A stretch of 44,044 nucleotides of DNA, from assembly GCA_964617015.1 (NCBI GenBank), contig CAZTVG010000005.1, forward strand, positions 1-44,044. Reading direction: 5' to 3'. Positions 1 to 7,106 of this stretch are shown here, in pieces. The stretch comes from Candidatus Woesearchaeota archaeon. GTDB taxonomy: Archaea; Nanobdellota; Nanobdellia; Pacearchaeales; GW2011-AR1. The position numbers were made by a program, and so were the translations under genes. The number at the start of each line of letters is the position of its first letter. The first letter of the stretch is position 1. A model generated the notes under the pieces. The model searched no databases. It was not told the origin of the DNA and saw only the letters and a program-made list of their open reading frames with translations.

Positions 1-67
1 CCGTCGGCTTCAGTCATACCTCGACAACCGGTACAAGATCATCGTGGTCGTGGAGAAAGAACCATGA
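1..67 (+). CDS. 3' part of a small ORF that crosses the end-to-start junction (continues from 43905/43962..44044)
   Basis: Joining 44044 to 1 gives an open frame ending ...VRRLQSYLDNRYKIIVVVEKEP-TGA, whose stop (65-67) overlaps the ATG at 64 (ATGA coupling). Confidence 0.6.
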   Translation, partial: RRLQSYLDNRYKIIVVVEKEP

Positions 68-462
68 AAACGATCAATGTGAAGACCACGGAGGGTCGTG
101 GGAATCATGCAACCAAGAGCGTTGTGTCCGCGATCAGGGTTCCAGAAAACATGGTGGAAGCCGTCAAATCGGACGGGGAAAATGTCGTGTTCCAGTTGTA
201 TCTGGACAGCCGGATCATCCGGTTTCGGTCACAAGTACATGCTGATCTCAACAACGGTGTTCCGTCTGAGAAGATCACAAAACGGGATTATCTCGGTTGG
301 CGTCCGGTGTTGGGGAGGGCGAAAATGACCGGAGCGGAACGGTTAACCAGGGATTTAGCGAAAGCAACACCAGATGATCGAACAACCGCACTGATCGAAA
401 TGGCCGTCAAACAAGGCCATGATCGGAAATGGGCGGAACAAACGTTTAGACCCAAGAAGTAA
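64..462 (+). CDS. Basic hypothetical early protein (132 aa), probable paralog of 4414..4743
   Basis: Open frame followed directly by an intrinsic terminator; C-terminal pattern shared with 4414..4743. Confidence 0.7.
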   Translation: MKTINVKTTEGRGNHATKSVVSAIRVPENMVEAVKSDGENVVFQLYLDSRIIRFRSQVHADLNNGVPSEKITKRDYLGWRPVLGRAKMTGAERLTRDLAKATPDDRTTALIEMAVKQGHDRKWAEQTFRPKK

Positions 463-470
463 GTACAAGA

Positions 471-509
471 TGGGGCGTCGGGTATGAGAGCTTGACGCCC
501 CAGTTTTTT
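471..509 (+). terminator. Rho-independent terminator
   Basis: TGGGGCGTC (471-479) pairs with GACGCCCCA (494-502), followed by GTTTTTT, right after the stop at 462. Confidence 0.8.
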
Positions 510-660
510 ACGTTTCGATTGTTTACACTTAGTATGATGATATGGATGAGTTGAGGGTGATTAAGAGGTTTGTTGGTTACAAGGGATGAGAATACAGTTG
601 TCAAGTTGGTTGATATGTGTATAATGGAGGATACGGGAAAACGATATCGAGGGACGTGGG

Positions 661-861
661 ATGAAATACATAACGGTGAGACAACTCAAGAAAATATTAG
701 ACACATACGACGACACCGCCCCAGTCTCAATAGATGTAACGGGGATAATGGGCAGGAGTGAGGCAACATGGGCCAGATGCGGCCACGTTCTTACTGAGCC
801 CCACTCACCAGAAAGTTGCGTGCTAGAAGCCCTCGAAATCGTGACGGTTGAACTGGAATAG
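661..861 (+). CDS. Hypothetical protein (66 aa)
   Basis: Open frame in a run of co-oriented + ORFs; G-rich SD-like upstream sequence. Confidence 0.5.
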   Translation: MKYITVRQLKKILDTYDDTAPVSIDVTGIMGRSEATWARCGHVLTEPHSPESCVLEALEIVTVELE

Positions 862-878
862 ACATCTGTGAGGGAGAT

Positions 879-1229
879 ATGTACAACAAATTACCTTGGA
901 ACAAAGAACAGGAGTACAGGATACGGTATCTTGAAAAGCACGGGCTCCATGAGAAACGGTGGTTTAGAAATGGCAAACCTCACAGGGCTGTCACCACAAT
1001 ACCGTTGTGGTCATGTGAGATAGTTGATCCTGAGTGGGACGATGAGGAGGGGACTGTTGAGTACGTCAGCACGGCTATCCAGATACAGGGTTCGATAACC
1101 CCTGGGGATTTGTGGGACTCTTGGACTGAGGATAAACTGCCGAGTTTGAAGTTCCAGGTGATCCTGAGAGTGACGCCTGGGACGAGTTCTACGAGTGGAT
1201 CCACGATACCTGTGAGGGCGATCCCATGA
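879..1229 (+). CDS. Hypothetical protein (116 aa)
   Basis: SD GAGGGAG upstream; stop overlaps next ATG (ATGA 1226-1229). Confidence 0.6.
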   Translation: MYNKLPWNKEQEYRIRYLEKHGLHEKRWFRNGKPHRAVTTIPLWSCEIVDPEWDDEEGTVEYVSTAIQIQGSITPGDLWDSWTEDKLPSLKFQVILRVTPGTSSTSGSTIPVRAIP

Positions 1230-1354
1230 AAGGGTATGATCCCATGACCTTGGAGAAAGCGTGTGATATCTGGCTTGTTGGATTACACGCATACCACGAT
1301 CTGGGAATAAGAGCAGTCGACGGAGAGTTTACTAAAGTGGGCGGAGGTGAGTGA
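1226..1354 (+). CDS. Small hypothetical protein (42 aa, MKGYDPMTLEKACDIWL...), below the ORF-track cutoff
   Basis: ATGA-coupled to the upstream ORF and overlapping the start of 1347..1628. Confidence 0.45.
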   Translation: MKGYDPMTLEKACDIWLVGLHAYHDLGIRAVDGEFTKVGGGE

Positions 1355-1628
1355 AATGACAGCGATGGAGAACCTAATCAACGTCCTCAACTTGCGTCCA
1401 ACAGGGGCAGTTGCAATATGTCGGGGGGACTATATGGGACAACTGCTAGGCGATGCAGGGTACAACCTTTTCATAGGTAAACCGTCTCACCACGAGGGGC
1501 CAGGGCGACAGCGCACTAGGGAGGTATGGTCTGGGTTGACAGAGGAAGAGAGGAGAGAGGTAAGAGACCTGGCGGCATCTATGTCAGATGGGTGCAGGAT
1601 ACCGCTTGCTGACTTTGGATTGATTTGA
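1347..1628 (+). CDS. Hypothetical protein (93 aa; may start at ATG 1356)
   Basis: SD GGAGGT upstream; converges tail-to-tail with the minus ORF ending at 1632. Confidence 0.6.
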   Translation: MSEMTAMENLINVLNLRPTGAVAICRGDYMGQLLGDAGYNLFIGKPSHHEGPGRQRTREVWSGLTEEERREVRDLAASMSDGCRIPLADFGLI

Positions 1629-1631
1629 GGG

Positions 1632-2003
1632 TCACTCAGAAACAACCTCACTCTTGGCAGTGAGATCAAGGATATTGACACCCTCTGCCTTGAGTTGTTG
1701 AATTAACTTGATCTGCTCTGCTAGCAGCTCAGAGTCGCTCATCTTTCTTATCCTTACATCTATAGTTCCACCAACTTCGAGTTGATCGTGGTAGCCCGCA
1801 AGGCGAGCGATGGCTGTTAAGGAGTGTGCCCACTTATCTGGGTATGTCTGGGCGAATAACTTGATCGCGGCATAATCAGGACAGCCGGCGAGGAACCTCT
1901 CTAGTACGTCGATGAAGGGGTCTCGATTGTATGCGCGGAGGAGGGCCTTAGTATCCTCAGCAGTCATAACTGGAAGGTTGCTGGTCTTAGGGTTGCGGCC
2001 CAT
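1632..2003 (-). CDS. Putative terminase small subunit-like protein (likely start ATG 2003, MGRNPK...)
   Basis: Helical body and C-terminal DVRIRKMSDSELL pattern seen in small terminases; same strand as and upstream of TerL on the circle. The longer start (2036) lies within/next to a repeat copy. Confidence 0.4.
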   Translation of the reverse strand: MGRNPKTSNLPVMTAEDTKALLRAYNRDPFIDVLERFLAGCPDYAAIKLFAQTYPDKWAHSLTAIARLAGYHDQLEVGGTIDVRIRKMSDSELLAEQIKLIQQLKAEGVNILDLTAKSEVVSE

Positions 2004-2011
2004 TGGACTTT

Positions 2012-2034
2012 GTTTGAACGAAATTAAATCAAGC
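2012..2034. repeat. 23-bp dispersed pseudo-palindrome, copy 1
   Basis: GTTTGAACGAAATTAAATCAAGC. Confidence 0.9.
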
Positions 2035-2053
2035 AAACTTGCGCGGTACGTGC

Positions 2054-2383
2054 CTAATTGGGGTCGTTGCCAGTATCAGCGCTATCTTCCTCAGGCATCT
2101 CTCGTTTGCATACTGGACAGATACCAGTGACGCGGGCGACCTCAAACTTGTGCCCCACAAAGATCCATTGGTCAATTAAGTGTTTTGTCGTGAACCACCT
2201 TCCAGAGGGGAGCTTGGTTGCAGGAAGGCCGTGGTATAAGATGTATCTGCGCGCGGTCCAGTAGTTTCGGCCAATATACTCAGCGATGGATGCAATCCCT
2301 TCGAGCATCTCCTCACTGGGATTTCTCAGCGGTTCTGGGCACCAGGGCCTTCTTCGCTCTGCGACTCTTGTTCCTTGATACAT
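2054..2383 (-). CDS. Winged helix-turn-helix DNA-binding protein (excisionase/MerR/Nu1-like) with C-terminal CPVC
   Basis: LEGIASIAEYIGRNYWTARRYILYHGLP...GRWFTTKHLIDQW fits the wHTH pattern. Confidence 0.55.
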   Translation of the reverse strand: MYQGTRVAERRRPWCPEPLRNPSEEMLEGIASIAEYIGRNYWTARRYILYHGLPATKLPSGRWFTTKHLIDQWIFVGHKFEVARVTGICPVCKREMPEEDSADTGNDPN

Positions 2384-2617
2384 TTGCTGATTACCTTGTT
2401 GATTTGGGTTAACTTAGCGAGAACATCCGGAGAGAGATTGCCGTTCCAGATGTCCTGGGCAGTGAAGGTGAGTTTGTCCTTGGTGGGCATAAGGCATTAT
2501 TGCAGAGATAAAGAGGAGTTGCAAGATCGTTTGAACGAGGGTTGGCATTGGTTATATATGTATGCTTATAGCAGGGGTGGGGTGCCCATATATGGGGGAG
2601 GAAATCAACGCTAGTTC

Positions 2618-2640
2618 GTTTGAACGAATTTTAATCAAAC
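2618..2640. repeat. 23-bp dispersed pseudo-palindrome, copy 2 (divergent control region)
   Basis: GTTTGAACGAATTTTAATCAAAC, preceded by CTAGTTC; 2611-2639 is the exact reverse complement of 32917-32945. Confidence 0.9.
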
Positions 2641-2860
2641 AAAGGGGGAGGAGATACAAGGGGGAATTGTAGGAAGAGAGATGGGGGTTCCAAGGGTGTA
2701 CAATACTGTATAAATAATATTTTTTTTATCTCTTAGAAGGAAGAAGGATAATATCTCTTTCATCTATCTCATATTTTCTCCCTCTACCCTTGATTTCTGT
2801 TTACACACACGCACCCACCCCATATAATAATCATACGTACATACATGGATGGGTGAATAG
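2641..2860. promoter_or_regulatory. Divergent control region / strand switch, partly AT-rich
   Basis: Non-coding gap between - and + arms; TGTATAAATAAT (2707-2718) recurs at 43607-43618, each near a repeat copy. Confidence 0.45.
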
Positions 2861-3224
2861 TATGCGAAACATAGTTGATCTAACAGCAGAGGCTGTCAAG
2901 GGGATAAAGGGGGATCTATGGAATGGGGCCAGACAGAAGGAAGTAGCAGAGAAGTACAGGGTAACACAGGCAACAATCAGCCGTATTATGACTGGCAAGC
3001 TGCACCCGCATATCCCTTGGCCCGACGGCTCACTCGTGCAGATGTCTGGACATCAAAGGACAAGGATATATGAGGCAAGGTATATGGGGAGTGAGTTGAA
3101 GCCGGCAACTAACCTACCTCAGGCTGTTATAGATGACATGAAGACATCTATTGGTAAAGTCAGAGCGGAGAAAGCTGAGGAACGCACTAAGGACTTTAAG
3201 AAGATCTTCCCAGATTGGAAATAA
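2790..3224 (+). CDS. Cro/XRE-like helix-turn-helix protein (true start may be ATG 2862, MRNIVDL)
   Basis: GARQKEVAEKYRVTQATISRIMTG is a typical HTH; first gene of the + arm. Confidence 0.65.
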   Translation: MISVYTHAPTPYNNHTYIHGWVNSMRNIVDLTAEAVKGIKGDLWNGARQKEVAEKYRVTQATISRIMTGKLHPHIPWPDGSLVQMSGHQRTRIYEARYMGSELKPATNLPQAVIDDMKTSIGKVRAEKAEERTKDFKKIFPDWK

Positions 3225-3226
3225 TC

Positions 3227-3256
3227 GTTGACAACTTGCTTTAAATATGTCAATGT
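3227..3256 (+). promoter_or_regulatory. Sigma70-like promoter with TTGACA-N14-TGTCAA palindrome
   Basis: GTTGACAACTTGCTTTAAATATGTCAAT; 25/28 identical to 13896-13923. Confidence 0.65.
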
Positions 3257-3261
3257 ATCAT

Positions 3262-3391
3262 TGGCCTCTGCAGCATGACAGTGCTGGGGTAAGACCACAC
3301 ATGTTAGCGTGGTCCGTCGGACATCCCCCTGCCGGGTGAAATACCTGGAGTGGTAGATCGGTAACTGGGTGGGTAGCCCAGTCAGGGGCCA
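3262..3391 (+). ncRNA. Candidate structured RNA (closing stem plus four hairpins), family not recognised
   Basis: TGGCCTCTG/CAGGGGCCA closing stem; hairpins CAGCA/TGCTG, GACCAC/GTGGTC, CCGGG/CCTGG, ACTGGG/CCCAGT; begins at the predicted +1 of the upstream promoter. Confidence 0.6.
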
Positions 3392-3485
3392 CTTAACATA
3401 AGGAGAAGTGAACATGAAAGATAAGAAACCTCGCTAATACAAGACCATCCCCTACAAAACTGTTGAACCTTTCCTCCTCAACGCA

Positions 3486-3938
3486 ATGGCTGCGGTGGGA
3501 ATGGAGAGTGAAACAGCTCTCCTCTCAGCTCTGGGTTTGACAGGAAGCAGATGGAATGGTTGGAAGAAAAAGGGGGAGGTAAATGTGTACTGCCCCCTCA
3601 CCATCAAGGGTCTCCTCGCCGAGAGGGGGTTTACAGTAGGGCTGAAATATATTATAACGAAAGGGGATACGGTTGCAGCTGGAGGACAGTTGCACAGTCT
3701 ACTAGCCGAAAACCCACTTATTACAAGAAAACAGCAGGAGGTAACAGTTAGGGCCCTTGTTGCCAGTCTTGCAAGTGGCAATGGGATATGTACTGGAGAT
3801 CTTGAGATAGTGGCAGATGTAATCACGTCCCTCCTCGACAACCTCCTCAGGGTGCAACCCACCCCTGCGCCAGTAGGCGCCTCTGACGAGATCTACATAC
3901 CCAGTACAAGGAAAATGATTGAGGATCTCGAGTCGTGA
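3486..3938 (+). CDS. Hypothetical protein (150 aa)
   Basis: Long open frame; stop overlaps next GTG start. Confidence 0.6.
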   Translation: MAAVGMESETALLSALGLTGSRWNGWKKKGEVNVYCPLTIKGLLAERGFTVGLKYIITKGDTVAAGGQLHSLLAENPLITRKQQEVTVRALVASLASGNGICTGDLEIVADVITSLLDNLLRVQPTPAPVGASDEIYIPSTRKMIEDLES

Positions 3939-4135
3939 TTAACCGAGGTGGTTTCTCAACCAAGATCCTCGGTGGTCTTCCAGTTGAAATCTGGTATGAG
4001 ACCGAGCACGACTACTGTGATTTTACCATATACAGTGAGAAAAACGGCTCCCGTCTTAAGTGGGCTGAGAAGATGCTACCTGACAAAGAGGACAGGGAGA
4101 TAGTTGAGAAGTGCTTTAATCCTGAGCTTCAGTGA
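3935..4135 (+). CDS. Hypothetical protein (66 aa)
   Basis: GTGA-coupled to upstream ORF. Confidence 0.55.
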   Translation: MINRGGFSTKILGGLPVEIWYETEHDYCDFTIYSEKNGSRLKWAEKMLPDKEDREIVEKCFNPELQ

Positions 4136-4147
4136 GGAGAACCAGAC

Positions 4148-4312
4148 ATGGGCGAAATCGCAGAAGCAACGTTGTCGGGTCTCTTTTGTGAGTGGTGCGG
4201 TGAGGTGATCGGCGCGCTAGATGATGGACTGGGAGAGGAACCTGGATTTCCTCGCTTGTGCCCAGGATGTGAGCACGAAAAGGAGCTAAAGAGCAAAAGC
4301 AACTTGCCTTGA
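4148..4312 (+). CDS. Small zinc-binding protein (54 aa, MGEIAEATLSGLFCEWCG...CPGC)
   Basis: SD GAGGAG; two CxxC pairs; stop overlaps repeat copy 3. Confidence 0.65.
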   Translation: MGEIAEATLSGLFCEWCGEVIGALDDGLGEEPGFPRLCPGCEHEKELKSKSNLP

Positions 4313-4329
4313 ACGAAATTCGTTCAAAC
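4307..4329. repeat. 23-bp repeat, copy 3 (symmetric form)
   Basis: CCTTGAACGAAATTCGTTCAAAC; perfect 9-bp arms TTGAACGAA/TTCGTTCAA. Confidence 0.9.
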
Positions 4330-4347
4330 CAACTGCCAAACCAACGG

Positions 4348-4376
4348 TTGACAACTTAACACAACCCACATACAAT
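4348..4376 (+). promoter_or_regulatory. Near-consensus sigma70 promoter
   Basis: TTGACA (4348-4353), 17 nt spacer, TACAAT (4371-4376); AACGGTTGACAACTT shared with 13892-13906. Confidence 0.8.
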
Positions 4377-4413
4377 AACCCCCACAAACCGCAGACCAAC
4401 TAAGAGGTAAATC

Positions 4414-4743
4414 ATGGAGAAGGTAACAGCAAAGATCACACAGGGGGATTCCGCAGGTAAGTCCATGACCATCGACGTCGACTTCAACGCCATCCTCAAG
4501 CGGACAACCGAAGAGGTGAGAAAGCAACGCCTGGTCGCAGATCTGCGAATCTCAGTCCAAGATATGATCCGCTCTGCAATCAAGTCGAAGACTGGACCGG
4601 GAGAGGTTCAGAAGAACGTCAACACACAGTGGGTTCCTGGAACCAAGCGTGTCGGAAAGCCAAAGAGCGAGAAGATGCTTAAGGACTTCCTCAAACTCAC
4701 AGATGAACAACGCGCCACATTCCTCAAGGAGGCAAATCAGTAA
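4414..4743 (+). CDS. Basic early protein (109 aa), probable paralog of 64..462
   Basis: Downstream of the strong promoter; SD GAGGT; K/R-rich. Confidence 0.75.
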   Translation: MEKVTAKITQGDSAGKSMTIDVDFNAILKRTTEEVRKQRLVADLRISVQDMIRSAIKSKTGPGEVQKNVNTQWVPGTKRVGKPKSEKMLKDFLKLTDEQRATFLKEANQ

Positions 4744-4810
4744 CAGCTCACCAGCAACACCCTTAAAGCCCTCCGATACACACCTCCCTGTGATCGGTAG
4801 GGCTCAACCT

Positions 4811-4870
4811 GGAGAGGTAGATGGTATATCAATTGGTCCTTGTCCGCCCATCGTCTACCTCTCCCTTTTT
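4811..4870 (+). terminator. Long-loop terminator-like hairpin
   Basis: GGAGAGGTAGA (4811-4821) pairs perfectly with TCTACCTCTCC (4854-4864), followed by CTTTTT. Confidence 0.55.
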
Positions 4871-4895
4871 GGCTGTTTAGGAAGATATGAGCTTA

Positions 4896-5033
4896 TGGCC
4901 CCTGAGGCGTGGAAAGCAGACACGCACGTTCCTAGTGGAGGCCTATACCAGGCCGGGCTATTGAGATTAGGAGCGGTCGTCAAGCTAAGGCCTGCTGCGA
5001 GACGATGCCGGTTTAGCGCCCGGCCAGGGGCCA
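4896..5033 (+). ncRNA. Second candidate structured RNA with the same closing stem
   Basis: TGGCCCCTG (4896-4904)/CAGGGGCCA (5025-5033); internal GCGTG/CACGC, GGCCT/AGGCC, CCGGGC/GCCCGG, TCGTC/GACGA. Confidence 0.55.
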
Positions 5034-5052
5034 CCTGATTAGGAGGATGAGA

Positions 5053-5211
5053 ATGGGACAGGCTGCAGAGGACGAAATGGAGCGTGAGGAGATAGCCGCT
5101 GAAGCGGCGCGCGAGGAGCTGGCGGCGCACAGGGCTGGAACCTGTCGTAAAGACCCTGCGTGGTACGCTTATTGCGCCGCAGAACAAGGATGGTTCGACC
5201 ATGAATACTGA
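5053..5211 (+). CDS. Small acidic hypothetical protein (52 aa, MGQAAEDEMEREE...)
   Basis: Strong SD AGGAGG; overlaps start of 5201..5479. Confidence 0.55.
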   Translation: MGQAAEDEMEREEIAAEAAREELAAHRAGTCRKDPAWYAYCAAEQGWFDHEY

Positions 5212-5479
5212 CCCCACTGACGCCGAGCTTGATGAGTGGGAGCAAGATATCACTGCCCTCATCGCTCAGGGAGAACGGCGATATTCTGTCCACCCCACTG
5301 CTGCGTCTCGCCTCATCAAAGCCCTCCGCGCCTGCCGCCAGCAATCCAAGGCCAAGGACGCGGTGATTGAGGCGGCGAGGCCGGTAGCCGTTGCCTTGCC
5401 CTTAATTGACGATCTGGCCCGCCTTAGCGTGGCCCTCGCGGTGCTCGACAAGGAGGTTGATGATGGCAACACCAGCTGA
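5201..5479 (+). CDS. Hypothetical protein (92 aa)
   Basis: Co-oriented open frame in the early cluster. Confidence 0.55.
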   Translation: MNTDPTDAELDEWEQDITALIAQGERRYSVHPTAASRLIKALRACRQQSKAKDAVIEAARPVAVALPLIDDLARLSVALAVLDKEVDDGNTS

Positions 5480-5536
5480 GAGTTCTGAGATGACCACATA
5501 TCATGGCCCTACAGCGACGATAGGCGGAGGGAATAG

Positions 5537-5893
5537 GTGATGCCGACAGCTAAGGAACGAGCCGTAGCGGCTATAGAGGGGGGGCTGATAGGAGAAGCGC
5601 GCAGCGATGGGACCGTCCTTGCATGGAAAGCAGATTTAGTAGACTTAGTGCAGCGCCTTGCCGACGCCCTTGAGGCGGCACGGGCTAAGTTGGTCGTCCC
5701 TGAGGGCTGGTGGCTGGTGCCGGAGGAGCCGACGAAAGTGGCAAGTAACCTCCTAATCATCGTTTTACTTATTATATCTGGATGGACGCTAATTTACGCG
5801 GTTCTGGATGTAAGAAAGGATTTAGACCAACTAATAGAACTTCACTACACTGTTTGTCCATATGCCGAGGGTTGTGATAAGGGATATGAATAA
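5537..5893 (+). CDS. Hypothetical protein with PEGWWLVPEEPT motif and a hydrophobic segment
   Basis: SD GGAGG; PEGWxLVPxEPT is a recurrent motif in small phage proteins; LLIIVLLIISGWTLIYAVL predicted TM. Confidence 0.6.
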   Translation: MMPTAKERAVAAIEGGLIGEARSDGTVLAWKADLVDLVQRLADALEAARAKLVVPEGWWLVPEEPTKVASNLLIIVLLIISGWTLIYAVLDVRKDLDQLIELHYTVCPYAEGCDKGYE

Positions 5894-6193
5894 CCCCAGA
5901 CGCCCTCTCGTGTTCGTTCCCAATAAATCTGCAGTGCAGAGAGGTATGGTGAGCTGCGGTACGTCACAGTTGGCTGGATAGACAGATGTGGGGTAAATAC
6001 CATTTGTAGGATGTTTGCCGAGGCAATGGCTGATTCGGAACCTGACGACTATATTATCATAAGTGGACTATCGGTGTTGGTTGCGGTTGCAGCAGCAACG
6101 ATGGCTTACAAGCATGGGAAGGTTAATTTTCTCATTTTCCGCAACGGGGAGTACGTGGAGCGAAACGTTGATATCTCTCAACTGTCGGAGTAA
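5886..6193 (+). pseudogene. Probable frameshifted gene (N-part 5886..5981 frame, C-part ending 6193)
   Basis: Good start at 5886 reads MNNPRRPLVFVPNKS, then the coherent continuation AERYGELRYVTVG...MFAE...PDDYIIISG is in another frame; tandem TGCAG TGCAG at 5930-5939 marks the shift. Confidence 0.45.
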
Positions 6194-6208
6194 GAAGAGG
6201 AGTAGGAT

Positions 6209-6403
6209 ATGTCACGTATGAGTTGGGTAGTCATCTTATGGGCGGTGTTTACAGTAGTAGTTCTACTTGTTGGGATCACAATTAAACAAGACTGGCAGGG
6301 AATGGCCATCTTTGTCCCAGCTACCACAGCCCTAATCTCTGTCCTGGTTGTAGCGTTGAGAAAGTATAGCGACATAGAGAGAAATATACTTCCTGGGGAC
6401 TGA
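6209..6403 (+). CDS. Small two-TM membrane protein (64 aa)
   Basis: SD GAGGAG; two hydrophobic helices. Confidence 0.65.
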   Translation: MSRMSWVVILWAVFTVVVLLVGITIKQDWQGMAIFVPATTALISVLVVALRKYSDIERNILPGD

Positions 6404-6418
6404 GAAAGGAGAAGTAAG

Positions 6419-6622
6419 ATGAAAGCGATTGAGTTTCACGAAGACCTTTCCCTAATAGTCCGAAGTCTGGGTCATGCGACAGCTTCAACTGGTCTGCTAA
6501 TGGCGTACGAAGATGTAGTTGTACACGACCAAGATATAACCCGAATACTTGCTGATGTGGACATAGCCAAGGACAAGCTGAATCATATACGCAGACAGAT
6601 AGAGGAGGGAGGGAGTAGATGA
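6419..6622 (+). CDS. Hypothetical protein (67 aa)
   Basis: SD AAGGAG; coupled to next ORF. Confidence 0.6.
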   Translation: MKAIEFHEDLSLIVRSLGHATASTGLLMAYEDVVVHDQDITRILADVDIAKDKLNHIRRQIEEGGSR

Positions 6623-6789
6623 AGCGTATCCTCTATCTAACGGTTATCACTCTCATCCTCCTTCTCCAAACTTGGTCGGCTGCGGCAGCCTGCTCCACAA
6701 TCACCATCTATACGCCAGATGGTAAGCTGATAGTCTGTACACAGTGTTGCAGCGGTGACACTTGTACAATCAACTGCTTAGGTGCGTGA
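6619..6789 (+). CDS. Secreted Cys-rich peptide (56 aa) with signal peptide, not in ORF track
   Basis: MKRILYLTVITLILLLQTWSAAA-ACSTITIYTPDGKLIVCTQCCSGDTCTINCLGA; ATGA-coupled upstream, TGATG-coupled downstream. Confidence 0.7.
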   Translation: MKRILYLTVITLILLLQTWSAAAACSTITIYTPDGKLIVCTQCCSGDTCTINCLGA

Positions 6790-7106
6790 TGGCTGATCTC
6801 AAATCCCTGATTGATGAGTTGGAGCAGGCAAAGGAGGGGAGCCGGGAACTTGATCGGAAAGTTTACTGGCGGCTCGATTTGCCAAGGATCGGGAATATGG
6901 AGGCAACAATTCCTCGCTACACCACCAGCCTCGACGCCGCTCTGACACTGGTGCCGGAGGACATATGGTGGCAGTTGAGACACGAACACGGAGTTTATAG
7001 TGTAGAGGTGGGTAGAACTATAGGCACGCAGCAGAAATCATACCCGGCCCTCGCCCTCTGTATCGCAGCCCTCAAGGTCAGAGATCAGGCAATAGACAAT
7101 GACTGA
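6789..7106 (+). CDS. Conserved-type phage hypothetical protein (MADLKSLIDELEQAKEGSRELD...)
   Basis: EGSRELD and PRYTTSLDAALTLVPE motifs; start overlaps upstream stop. Confidence 0.65.
   Translation: MADLKSLIDELEQAKEGSRELDRKVYWRLDLPRIGNMEATIPRYTTSLDAALTLVPEDIWWQLRHEHGVYSVEVGRTIGTQQKSYPALALCIAALKVRDQAIDND

Noticed and set aside
3262-3391. Structured element as a tRNA or hammerhead ribozyme
   Set aside because: No TTC T-loop, anticodon arm geometry or CCA end; no CUGAUGA core.
4307-4329. Repeat as a host LexA or FNR box
   Set aside because: GAAC-N7-GTTC inverted does not fit Firmicute GAAC-N4-GTTC or alphaproteobacterial direct GTTC-N7-GTTC; TTGA-N11-TCAA spacing does not fit FNR TTGAT-N4-ATCAA.
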